From contig CBFDTJ010000026.1 in the NCBI GenBank assembly GCA_965612865.1, forward strand, positions 1 to 18,186: a stretch of 18,186 bases of DNA, read 5' to 3'. This DNA is from an uncultured bacterium (GTDB lineage: Bacteria > Caldisericota > Caldisericia > B22-G15). Under the pieces are notes generated by a model. The model had not been told where the DNA came from, made no database searches, and saw nothing but the letters and a program-made list of their open reading frames with translations. Positions 1 to 7,842 of this stretch are shown piece after piece. A program made the position numbers and the translations under genes. Every line of letters starts with the position of its first letter. Positions within the stretch are counted from its first letter, which is position 1.

Positions 1-6
1 TTTTTT

Positions 7-72
7 CAAGCAGAAGACGGCATACGAGATCATGCCTAGTCTCGTGGGCTCGGAGATGTGTATAAGAGACAG
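7..72 (+). other. Illumina Nextera adapter artefact: P7 (7-30), i7 index CATGCCTA (31-38), read-2 arm (39-53), Tn5 mosaic end (54-72)
   Basis: Exact CAAGCAGAAGACGGCATACGAGAT-[8 nt]-GTCTCGTGGGCTCGG-AGATGTGTATAAGAGACAG. The leading T6 fits the reverse complement of post-adapter poly-A. Not genomic. Confidence 0.99.
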
Positions 73-1201
73 AGAACCGGGAAAGGTTGTTCCAAATAGA
101 AATGCATTTAGAAAGTGGGGAGCGTGGATAAATGCTTACACTGCAAAGAAGTATAATAGACCTTTGTTTATAGCCATGTCTGCTGACCTTGCTGAATCCA
201 CAAGAATTGATGGCTTTGCAAGGCCCTTTGGTGATTTTCCCGGTTATGGATGGTATGATAAGGAGAAAAATCCTGATGGAGTCTTACTTCCCCAGGAGAT
301 TACAGAGTTTGTAAATTCTGGTATTTGTGCAGGCATTGAAACTGTTAATGTGGCTAAGGACCCCTATAAAGAATTTGTTGGATTTTATTCCACATCATCT
401 ACCTATGGTTCCTTTGCATATCTGAAATACGGTATGATGAGACTGTTCTCACAGCTTGCCCAGGATTGTCCATTAAAAGTTGGAAAAGTTATATGGGTTG
501 CAGGTCACTCTGGACCAGAGACAGCAGATGACTCAAGAACGCATTTTGGAATATTTGCTCCTTATGTGGGAAAACTATTCCCAAGAGGTCAGGTGATAAA
601 CCTGCATCCATGGGAATACAATGAGGTTCCTGTGGTTCTTGGGAGAGCGCTGAAGGAGGATGCACCAATAATTGTGCTTCATCTTACAAGGCCGGGAATT
701 CCCATACCTGATAGAGAAAAACTTGGTATACCAAGCCATTTTGAGGCGGCACATGGCGCATACATCTTGAGAGATTACAAAAAAGACCTTCCAGAGATGG
801 GGACTGTTATTGTTCAGGGAACAAGCTCCACCCTCGGTGTTGTTAAGATACTACCAAAACTTGATGAACTTGGATTAAATGTAAAAATAGTGGCAGCCAT
901 AAGCTACGAGTTATTTATGAAAGAACCCAAGGATTATAGAAACAAAGTCTTACCTCTCTCACACTGGAGAGATTCAATGGTTATAACCAGCGAGGCTTTA
1001 AGAAACATGAGTGACTGGTTGTTCAGTAAGGTGAGTGAAGAATACTCAATGTCCTCTGATTGGGATAACAGATGGAGAACCGGTGGTACAGTTGATGATG
1101 TGCTTGAGGAAGCTCACTTAACGCCAGATTACATACTTGAACGAATTAAAAAGTTTGCTTTAGAAAAAGATAAAAGATTAAAGAAGCTCTCAGAAATGTG
1201 A
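73..1201 (+). CDS. Transketolase family protein, pyrimidine-binding and C-terminal domains (5'-truncated)
   Basis: Motifs MSADLAEST, EITEF, STYGSF, HSGPETADDSRTH and LHLTRP align by eye with transketolase SADL / E / TF / H-x-G-x3-G-E-D-G-x-T-H / L-x-R motifs. ORF start MPSLVGSEMCIRD is translated adapter. Stop TGA 1199-1201. Confidence 0.85.
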
Positions 1202-1202
1202 T

Positions 1203-1236
1203 AAAAGGGAGGCTTCTGCCTCCCTTTTTATTTTTT
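1203..1236. terminator. Bidirectional rho-independent terminator between convergent transketolase and Mo-hydroxylase genes
   Basis: AAAAGGGAGGC-ttct-GCCTCCCTTTT is a perfect 11-bp stem with A-tract before and T-tracts after. It lies between the stops at 1201 and 1235. Confidence 0.9.
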
Positions 1237-3565
1237 ATACCCTTTCCTTTAAAAGTTTAAATACCCTTTCTGGAGTAAATGGTGCTTCTTTCAACCTAAT
1301 CCCTACCGCGTCATACACTGCATTGGAAATTGAGGGTAATGCACCATTTATATTTACCTCTGCAACGGACTTTGCTCCAAATGGTCCGGTAGGTTCATAG
1401 GTTGGAACAAACTTTACCACAATTTCTGGTAGGTCAAGAGATGTGAAGATTTTATAGTCAAAGAATGTGGGATTTGTTGATGAACCTGTTCTTGTGAATT
1501 TTAATTCCTCAGTTAAGGCGTATCCGAGACCGTTAACTATTGCTCCCATAGCCTGACCTCTTGCAAGTTTTGGATGTATAACAACTCCAGCATCTATAAC
1601 TGCCACATACTTCACCGGTATAATCTTTCCAGTTTCTGTATCCACATCAACGAGAACAAAGTGAGCGGCAAATGGAGGAGGGGATTTGGGAGAAACATGA
1701 GATCCTACTCCTATCAGGTGTTCCTGCTTCTCCTCATAATAACTCTTAAGTCCTATCTCTTTGTATGTTATACTCTTTCCACTCTTTTTGCTTATGACAG
1801 TTGAATCCATAATATAAAGATTATCTGGATCCTCTTTGAGTAATTTCGCCGCATAATTTATGATCTTGGTCTTTAGGTCTTTAGCGGCCTTTAGGACAGC
1901 TCCACCAGAAATGTAGGTGGTACTTGATGCGTATGCGCCAGTATCAAAAGGAGTGAAATCTGTATCTGATGAATAAACAAAGAAGTTCCTGTAATCTGTC
2001 TTTAATTCCTCTGCTGCAATCTGTGCAAGAACTGTATCTGAACCTGTTCCTATATCTGTTGCACCTGCAAAGAGCTGAAAACTTCCATCGTCGTTCATTC
2101 TTATTTCACAGGATGCCATATCTATTAAAGGTATACCAGATCCCTGCATGAGTATAGCCATACCCACTCCTCTAATGTATGATCCTTTTTTAACTTTCTT
2201 GTTTCTCCATCTATCCCATTCTATCTCCTTCTTTCCTATTTCAATACATTTATCCAGAGCACAGCTTTCAATGATTTGAGGTATTCCCTCCCTGCCTTCT
2301 CCGAGTTTTTCAAATATGGGAGATGTTTCACCCTCTTTTATGTGATTTCTCTTTCTAAATTCCACTGGATCAATACCCATTTTTTCGCTAAGTTCATCTA
2401 TGGCAGTTTCAAGAGCAAAATAAGCCTGAGTTGCACCATATCCTCTGTATGCGCCAGCAATGGGAAGGTTGGTGTACACTGCATCTCCAACAAATCTTAC
2501 ATTCTTTGCCTTGTTGTATATGGGAAGAGACTTGCTGCCAACATTAAATAGAACAGTAGGTCCATGTGTACCATAGGCTCCTGTGTTTAAAACAACTTTC
2601 ATGTCTATTCCTGTAAGGATACCTGAGGAGTCAGCGCCAAGTCTTATGTAAATCTTTGATGGATGTCGTGTTCTTGCGGAAACAAACTCCTCTCTTCTTG
2701 TATATTCCATCCTTACAGGTCTTTTTGTTCTTAATGTCATAAGAGCGCATATATCCTCAAGCACTATCTCCTGTTTTGTGCCAAACCCTCCACCAATTCG
2801 AGGTTTAACGACCCTTATGTTGTTGATGGAAATTCCAAGTATCTGTGAAATTATTCTTCTTACATGGAAAGGAACCTGAGTTGCGCTTCTTATCACCAGT
2901 CTATTATTTTCGTCAAGATATGTTATGGTTACATGTGTTTCCATGGGCACATGCTGAGCATACTGGGTTTTTGTATAGTATCCTTCAATTTTAAAGTCTG
3001 CATTCTTTATGGCCTTATCAACGTCTCCTATCTCTATTTCAACATGTGAAACTATGTTTCTTTCCTTGTTGTAAATTCCAGTGCTTTCGTCTTCGTCATG
3101 AATAACTGGTGCACCTTCTTTCATTGCCTCCTCTGGATCAAAGACTGACGGTAAATTTTTGTATTTAACCTTTATAAGTTTCAGTGCCTCCTCGGCAATT
3201 TCTGGAGTTTCAGCACCCACAGCAGCAACCCTGTCACCTACAAATCTTACCTTCCTATCAAAGATAAAGGCGTCATAAGGTGATGGTTCTGGATAACCCT
3301 GACCGGCAGTGGTATGAGGTATCCTTGGAGTATTCTTGTATGTGAGAACTATTTTAACACCAGGGAGTTTTTCTGCCTCAGTTGTATCAATGTCAATTAT
3401 CTCTGCATGTGGAAAGGGACTGGTCAGAAGTTTTGCATGAATCATGTCAGGGAGATTGATGTCATCTGTGAAGAGTGGTTGTCCTGTGGCAAGGGCAAGC
3501 CCATCGTATTTCTCTACACTATCCCCTACAACTTTCAATTCTTCCTTTTTATCCTTTTTAGACAT
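1235..3565 (-). CDS. Xanthine dehydrogenase/aldehyde oxidoreductase family molybdopterin-binding large subunit (XdhA/XdhD-like)
   Basis: Motifs QHVPMET, GGGFGTKQ, GAYG, AYRGYGATQ, DIGTGSDT, YASSTT and GAKSVAE (catalytic Glu). Start reassigned to ATG 3565 (MSKKDKK) because AGGAGGA lies at 3571-3577 and it overlaps the upstream stop. Confidence 0.93.
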   Translation of the reverse strand: MSKKDKKEELKVVGDSVEKYDGLALATGQPLFTDDINLPDMIHAKLLTSPFPHAEIIDIDTTEAEKLPGVKIVLTYKNTPRIPHTTAGQGYPEPSPYDAFIFDRKVRFVGDRVAAVGAETPEIAEEALKLIKVKYKNLPSVFDPEEAMKEGAPVIHDEDESTGIYNKERNIVSHVEIEIGDVDKAIKNADFKIEGYYTKTQYAQHVPMETHVTITYLDENNRLVIRSATQVPFHVRRIISQILGISINNIRVVKPRIGGGFGTKQEIVLEDICALMTLRTKRPVRMEYTRREEFVSARTRHPSKIYIRLGADSSGILTGIDMKVVLNTGAYGTHGPTVLFNVGSKSLPIYNKAKNVRFVGDAVYTNLPIAGAYRGYGATQAYFALETAIDELSEKMGIDPVEFRKRNHIKEGETSPIFEKLGEGREGIPQIIESCALDKCIEIGKKEIEWDRWRNKKVKKGSYIRGVGMAILMQGSGIPLIDMASCEIRMNDDGSFQLFAGATDIGTGSDTVLAQIAAEELKTDYRNFFVYSSDTDFTPFDTGAYASSTTYISGGAVLKAAKDLKTKIINYAAKLLKEDPDNLYIMDSTVISKKSGKSITYKEIGLKSYYEEKQEHLIGVGSHVSPKSPPPFAAHFVLVDVDTETGKIIPVKYVAVIDAGVVIHPKLARGQAMGAIVNGLGYALTEELKFTRTGSSTNPTFFDYKIFTSLDLPEIVVKFVPTYEPTGPFGAKSVAEVNINGALPSISNAVYDAVGIRLKEAPFTPERVFKLLKERV

Positions 3566-4034
3566 TTTCTTCCTCCTTGAGCAACTTGATAGCTTTTTCA
3601 ACAGCTTCTATCTGCTGAACATAACCTGTGCATCTGCAAAGATGTCCTGAAAGAGCCTTTTTAATATCCTCCCTTGTGGGATCTGGATTTTCATCAAGTA
3701 GCGCTTTCATGGATAGTATTATTCCAGGAATGCAGTAGCCACATTGCACGGCGCCTTCTTCCACGAAGCTTTTCTGTAGTGGATGTGGTTTCTCCATATC
3801 TCCTATTCCTTTGATTGTGATAACGCTTCTATCTTTAACTCTTCCTGCAAGTATAGTGCATGAAGGAACAGGTACTCCATCAAGTAGAACTGTACAAGCA
3901 CCACACTCACCTGTCTTGCAGTTGTTTCCTTTAACTTCTGTGTGTCCATTCCTCCTTAGAAGTTCAAATAGTGATTCTCCAGGGTAGGCATCAAATTCAA
4001 CATATTCGCCATTTAATTTAAACTTTATCTTCAT
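3558..4034 (-). CDS. 2x[2Fe-2S] small subunit of Mo-hydroxylase (CoxS/XdhC-type)
   Basis: CKTGECGAC...C and QCGYC...CRCTGY cysteine motifs. Start overlaps the upstream stop (ATGA). Confidence 0.95.
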   Translation of the reverse strand: MKIKFKLNGEYVEFDAYPGESLFELLRRNGHTEVKGNNCKTGECGACTVLLDGVPVPSCTILAGRVKDRSVITIKGIGDMEKPHPLQKSFVEEGAVQCGYCIPGIILSMKALLDENPDPTREDIKKALSGHLCRCTGYVQQIEAVEKAIKLLKEEENV

Positions 4035-4879
4035 ATTTCCTCCCTTATGCTCATCAGATTCCTGTTGGTTAAAACCCCGCTTAATTCTCTTCTGTAATCT
4101 CCTGATATCCTCATGTCATCTGCCACTTTTACAGTTTCCATCACAAGTTCCTTTGCTTTTCCTATAACTTCATCTGTGAGCGTCTTACCGAGTAAGAAAT
4201 CCTCAACATCTTCCATCCTTATAGGACCAAAGGGTCTTGCGCCGATGACAACTATTGCATCTTCCACCTTCTTCTCTTTGTCAAATTTCAAAAGCATACC
4301 CTCATCTAATAGTGGAATATCTGCGCTTGTCCTGGTGAATCTTATATATGAAAAATGGTATGATGGATCAAACTTGTCTATCCTTACTTCCTTTATTATG
4401 GCTTCGTCCAGGAATTCCTCAATTTCAACCCGCATAAATTCTGAAAGTTTCATTTCCTTTTCTTCCCCTGTAAATATAACAAGTGATGCATCAAGGGTTA
4501 AAAGAATTGCAGTAATATCTGACCACGGATAGTTTCTTGCCACACTTCCACCAAAACTTATTACATTTCTTATAATGGGAGTTGCAATCTCAGAGAAAAC
4601 TTTCGTTAGTTTGCCTTTAAATAACTTCCCAACCACTAAGGACTTTTGAGCTTCACCGATGGTAGTTTTAGCACCAATCTTTATCCTTTTCTCATCTTCC
4701 TCTATATAGGAGAGACCAAGATTTTCAAGATCTATAAGGCATTCAACACTTTTCGGACTCCTCCATATGATGTCAAGTCCACCTCCCACAACTCTTGCAG
4801 ATTTACCCTTCTTTTTGAGCAAATCTAAAGCCTCGTTTAAAGACTCTGGATAAAGATACTCCTTTACATTTTTTAACAT
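4031..4879 (-). CDS. FAD-binding medium subunit of Mo-hydroxylase (CoxM/XdhB/YgfM-like)
   Basis: YLYPESLNEAL, VGGGLD, IGAKTT, IRN..FGGS, SD...L..LDA and DDMRISGDYRR motifs. SD AAGGAGGAA upstream. Confidence 0.9.
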   Translation of the reverse strand: MLKNVKEYLYPESLNEALDLLKKKGKSARVVGGGLDIIWRSPKSVECLIDLENLGLSYIEEDEKRIKIGAKTTIGEAQKSLVVGKLFKGKLTKVFSEIATPIIRNVISFGGSVARNYPWSDITAILLTLDASLVIFTGEEKEMKLSEFMRVEIEEFLDEAIIKEVRIDKFDPSYHFSYIRFTRTSADIPLLDEGMLLKFDKEKKVEDAIVVIGARPFGPIRMEDVEDFLLGKTLTDEVIGKAKELVMETVKVADDMRISGDYRRELSGVLTNRNLMSIREEI

Positions 4880-5796
4880 TCTTCCTCCTTTCTCTTCATA
4901 AACTCATAAATCTCTCCTTTAGAAGGTATGTATACCCCGAGTTTTGTTGTAGATAAAGCTCCAGATAGGTTTGCGAACTCAAGTGAATCCTTCAGGTTAG
5001 CTGATTCAAGATACTTGTATACAAAAGATGCATTAAAGACATCCCCTGCTCCTGTAGTATCCACTGATTTTACCGGTATTCCAGAGAAGACTATTTTTTC
5101 TTCCTGTGTAATCAACATTGCACCCTTTTCACCCATTTTAATTACAAAAAACTTTCCTTCATCTATAAGTTTATACTTAAATTCCTCCTTAATCAAAGAA
5201 AACTCCCTTAAATTTGAAAAAATTACATTGCTTCTCTCCATAAGATAATAAACTGCATCGATAAATCCATCTATTTCCTCCCCTATTCTTATCTGTGTGT
5301 CAAAAAATACCCTTATCTCTTTTTTGCTTATGAAATCAACTACTTCTCTTAACCTTTTCTGGGAAGCTTTACTTGTTAAAATTCCTCCTGAGATATACAC
5401 AGCTGAAAGGCTTGAAAAGTTTATCTCTTTCAGTTTTCCAACATTTATTTCTTCGTATGATACATCTTTAATGCCAGCAAATGTTGTTCTCTCCCCCTGT
5501 TCGTTTACTATAGCTACAATAAGTGCCGTTTTTTTATTTACTCTGTCAATAAAATCTTTCCGAACTTTGAAAAAATCAAGATGTTTCTCAATAATGGATG
5601 AGAAGGTATCGTTCCCTAAAGGAGTGAAATAAAAAACTTCGTATCCAAGATTGGAAAGTGCACAGGAAAAATTAACACCTGTGCCAGCAGGTGTAACCTT
5701 TATATCCTCTGGAACTATATTTTTGTCCCTCTCAAACTGAAAATTTCCTTTTATAGTGATGTCAACGCAGTTATCACCAATCACTAAAATTTGCAT
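4873..5796 (-). CDS. PfkB/ribokinase-family carbohydrate kinase
   Basis: IGDNCVD N-terminus, AGTGVNFSCALSNLG (PfkB signature 1), GND.F, GERT, NLRE (NxxE), K.GEKGA, DTTGAGDVF (signature 2 with catalytic Asp). Confidence 0.93.
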   Translation of the reverse strand: MQILVIGDNCVDITIKGNFQFERDKNIVPEDIKVTPAGTGVNFSCALSNLGYEVFYFTPLGNDTFSSIIEKHLDFFKVRKDFIDRVNKKTALIVAIVNEQGERTTFAGIKDVSYEEINVGKLKEINFSSLSAVYISGGILTSKASQKRLREVVDFISKKEIRVFFDTQIRIGEEIDGFIDAVYYLMERSNVIFSNLREFSLIKEEFKYKLIDEGKFFVIKMGEKGAMLITQEEKIVFSGIPVKSVDTTGAGDVFNASFVYKYLESANLKDSLEFANLSGALSTTKLGVYIPSKGEIYEFMKRKEEEC

Positions 5797-6455
5797 TCTC
5801 TCACCCTCTTAACAAAAAGCTCCACCTTTTTAATATCTTTCCTTCCATTACCTTCTGGAATGTCAAGAGAAGTTTTTGCATCAACTCCAGATGGCTTTAC
5901 CCTTTTTATAGCTTTGCATACATTCTCAGGCGAGAGGCCTCCTCCAAGAATAACAGGTTTTTTTACACTCTCAACGATTTTTCTACTTATATTCCAGTCA
6001 TGGGTCTTTCCTGTAGCACCAATAAAACCAGGCATCTGCTTACTCTCTCCAGGCGTATCAAGAATAAAGGAATCCACAAGGTCATCAAACAAGATAGCCT
6101 TCTCTATGGATTCCTCTCCTGAAACAGGTATAGCGAGAAGTATCTTACTCTTTACACTCTCTCTAAGTTTAATGAGGTATTCTCTCTCCACCTCGTAGCA
6201 TATGTGTAAGTAATCTGGTTTTATAAGCTCTATAGCAGGAACTATCTCCTCTATCTCCTTCACATCAAGGATAAGGCTTGTTTCTCTCCCCTGTTCTCTT
6301 ATGGAACTTATAAGTTCCTTTGCCTTCATGTAAGAGACAATTCCTTTCTCTACATCTCCATTTTTTGAGGTTACAATCCCCAATCTGTCCACTCCAAGCT
6401 CACACAATTTTTCTGCATCATGTAGATTGTTTATTGCGTAAATTTGAATTAACAT
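5784..6455 (-). CDS. Phosphoribosylanthranilate-isomerase-like (TrpF-fold) TIM-barrel protein, divergent paralog
   Basis: TrpF-type motifs ILDT, GATGKTHDW, ILGGGLSPENV, P.GVD and G.KD..K...F. The N-terminal KICG catalytic motif reads QIYA. No other trp gene is in the window. Confidence 0.85.
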   Translation of the reverse strand: MLIQIYAINNLHDAEKLCELGVDRLGIVTSKNGDVEKGIVSYMKAKELISSIREQGRETSLILDVKEIEEIVPAIELIKPDYLHICYEVEREYLIKLRESVKSKILLAIPVSGEESIEKAILFDDLVDSFILDTPGESKQMPGFIGATGKTHDWNISRKIVESVKKPVILGGGLSPENVCKAIKRVKPSGVDAKTSLDIPEGNGRKDIKKVELFVKRVRECKF

Positions 6456-6464
6456 AACAATTCT

Positions 6465-6494
6465 ATTTTAAGGCGTAGCCGTTACCCTTGTCAA
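6465..6494 (-). promoter_or_regulatory. Sigma70-type promoter for the trpF-like/pfkB/xdh operon (TTGACA-18-TAAAAT)
   Basis: Minus strand TTGACA (6494-6489), 18-nt spacer, TAAAAT (6470-6465), 9 nt before the ATG at 6455. Confidence 0.7.
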
Positions 6495-6504
6495 TTTTTA
6501 AATC

Positions 6505-6534
6505 TTGACAAGGAAAGTCAAGGAATTATAAAAT
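6505..6534 (+). promoter_or_regulatory. Sigma70-type promoter for the ABC transporter operon (TTGACA-18-TAAAAT)
   Basis: TTGACA 6505-6510 and TAAAAT 6529-6534 (alternative TATAAA 6527-6532). SD AAGGAGGTG precedes ATG 6567. Confidence 0.7.
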
Positions 6535-6566
6535 GGAAATTAGTAAAACAATCAAGGAGGTGTTAA

Positions 6567-7772
6567 ATGAAAAAAATTGGTGGGATTCTGGCAATCTTGA
6601 TGATTGTCCTCCTCCTATTTACTTCCTTTGCCATTTCATGCGCCCCCAAGGAAGAGAAACCACAAGAACAGCAACCGGCAGAAACCCAGGAGAAGAAAAT
6701 TAAAGCAGGTTTTATCTATGTTGGACCAATAGGAGATTATGGATGGACAAATGCCCACGATGTTGGAAGGAAGTATGTAGAGGAAAAATTCCCGTGGCTT
6801 GAGACAGTTTATGTTGAGTCAGTTCCAGAAGGTGATGCCGCAAGAGTTATTGACAGATTGATAAACGAAGAGAAATGCAATGTTATCTTCACAACAAGTT
6901 TTGGTTACATGGATGACACTATTAAAGCTGCAGAGAAATATCCAGATGTAATATTTGAGCATTGTTCTGGTTATAAGAGAGCAAAGAATTCAGGCACTTA
7001 CTTTGCTGAGCTTTATCAGATGTACTATCTTAATGGTTTGATGGCAGGAGCTCTAACAAAGACAAATAAAGTTGGATATGTTGGCGCTCACCCAATACCT
7101 GAAGTTGTAAGACACATAAATGCTTATGCTCTTGGTGTAAAAGAGGTGAATCCAGATGCAAAGGTTTATGTAAGATGGCTGTTCTCATGGTATGATCCAG
7201 CAAAGGCAAGAGAAGCTGCTGAGTCATTAATAGCTGAGGGTGTAGATTGTCTTGCCTTTACAGAGGATTCAACAGCTGTCATTGAAGTTGGACAGGAACA
7301 CACAAAGAAAGGACAGCAGATATACACATTCTCTCACTACAGTCCTATGCAGAAGTTTGGACCAGATACAGTGGTCTCCGGTCAGCTGGTGGACTGGGGA
7401 ATAATGTACGAGGAAATCTTAAGAAGAGTATATACAAACACATGGGATAATAGAGATTATTGGTGGCTTGCAAAAGAGGGAGCATGCGAACTTGGAGGCG
7501 AATTTGGCACTCCAATAAATCCAAAGTTCATAGATGAACTTAAATCAAAGATGGTAAAGGATCCAATACTTGGTGAGATAAGTGTGTATGATCTAATTAT
7601 GAAGAGATTAGAACAGATGAAGGAGCCAACAATTCTATTTGATCCATTCACCGGACCAATTTATGATCAAAATGGCACAATGAGGCTCAAACCAGGAGAA
7701 AGAGGAAGCCACGATCTTTTGTGGAGCATAGATTGGTTTGTTGATAATGTAGAGGGAGAGATTCCAAAGTAG
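6567..7772 (+). CDS. BMP-family (PnrA/Med-like) ABC transporter substrate-binding lipoprotein, nucleoside/nucleobase type
   Basis: Signal peptide MKK-hydrophobic with lipobox-like AISC (Cys25). Motifs GFIYVGPIGDYGW, IFTTSFGY, YL.G..AG..TKTN.VG, IPEV.R.INAYALG and WYDP.K. Strong SD. Confidence 0.93.
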   Translation: MKKIGGILAILMIVLLLFTSFAISCAPKEEKPQEQQPAETQEKKIKAGFIYVGPIGDYGWTNAHDVGRKYVEEKFPWLETVYVESVPEGDAARVIDRLINEEKCNVIFTTSFGYMDDTIKAAEKYPDVIFEHCSGYKRAKNSGTYFAELYQMYYLNGLMAGALTKTNKVGYVGAHPIPEVVRHINAYALGVKEVNPDAKVYVRWLFSWYDPAKAREAAESLIAEGVDCLAFTEDSTAVIEVGQEHTKKGQQIYTFSHYSPMQKFGPDTVVSGQLVDWGIMYEEILRRVYTNTWDNRDYWWLAKEGACELGGEFGTPINPKFIDELKSKMVKDPILGEISVYDLIMKRLEQMKEPTILFDPFTGPIYDQNGTMRLKPGERGSHDLLWSIDWFVDNVEGEIPK

Positions 7773-7790
7773 CCAGTGGATATTATATAC

Positions 7791-7817
7791 AAAGAGGGGG
7801 GAATTCTCCCCCTCTTT
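7791..7817 (+). terminator. Stem-loop after the binding-protein gene (partial terminator or mRNA stabiliser)
   Basis: AAAGAGGGGG-gaattct-CCCCCTCTTT is a perfect 10-bp stem followed by AGTATTTTT. Confidence 0.75.
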
Positions 7818-7842
7818 AGTATTTTTATAAAAGGGGTGAGAT

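Noticed and set aside
3566..3601. Longer ORF-track starts (3601 for the Mo subunit; likewise 10443 and 13515)
   Set aside because: They extend into upstream genes without an SD. Downstream ATGs at 3565, 10476 and 13470 have good SDs and coupling.
1235..4879. Aerobic CO dehydrogenase (coxMSL gene order)
   Set aside because: Active-site loop is AYRGYG, not AYxCSFR, and there are no cox accessory genes.
5784..6455. Assigning the gene symbol trpF / tryptophan biosynthesis
   Set aside because: Catalytic Cys motif is absent, no trp genes are nearby, and the context is catabolic.
6456..6566. Purine riboswitch upstream of the nucleoside transporter
   Set aside because: The intergenic region is filled by two promoters. 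The predicted leader is about 25 nt, too short, and no aptamer core is visible.
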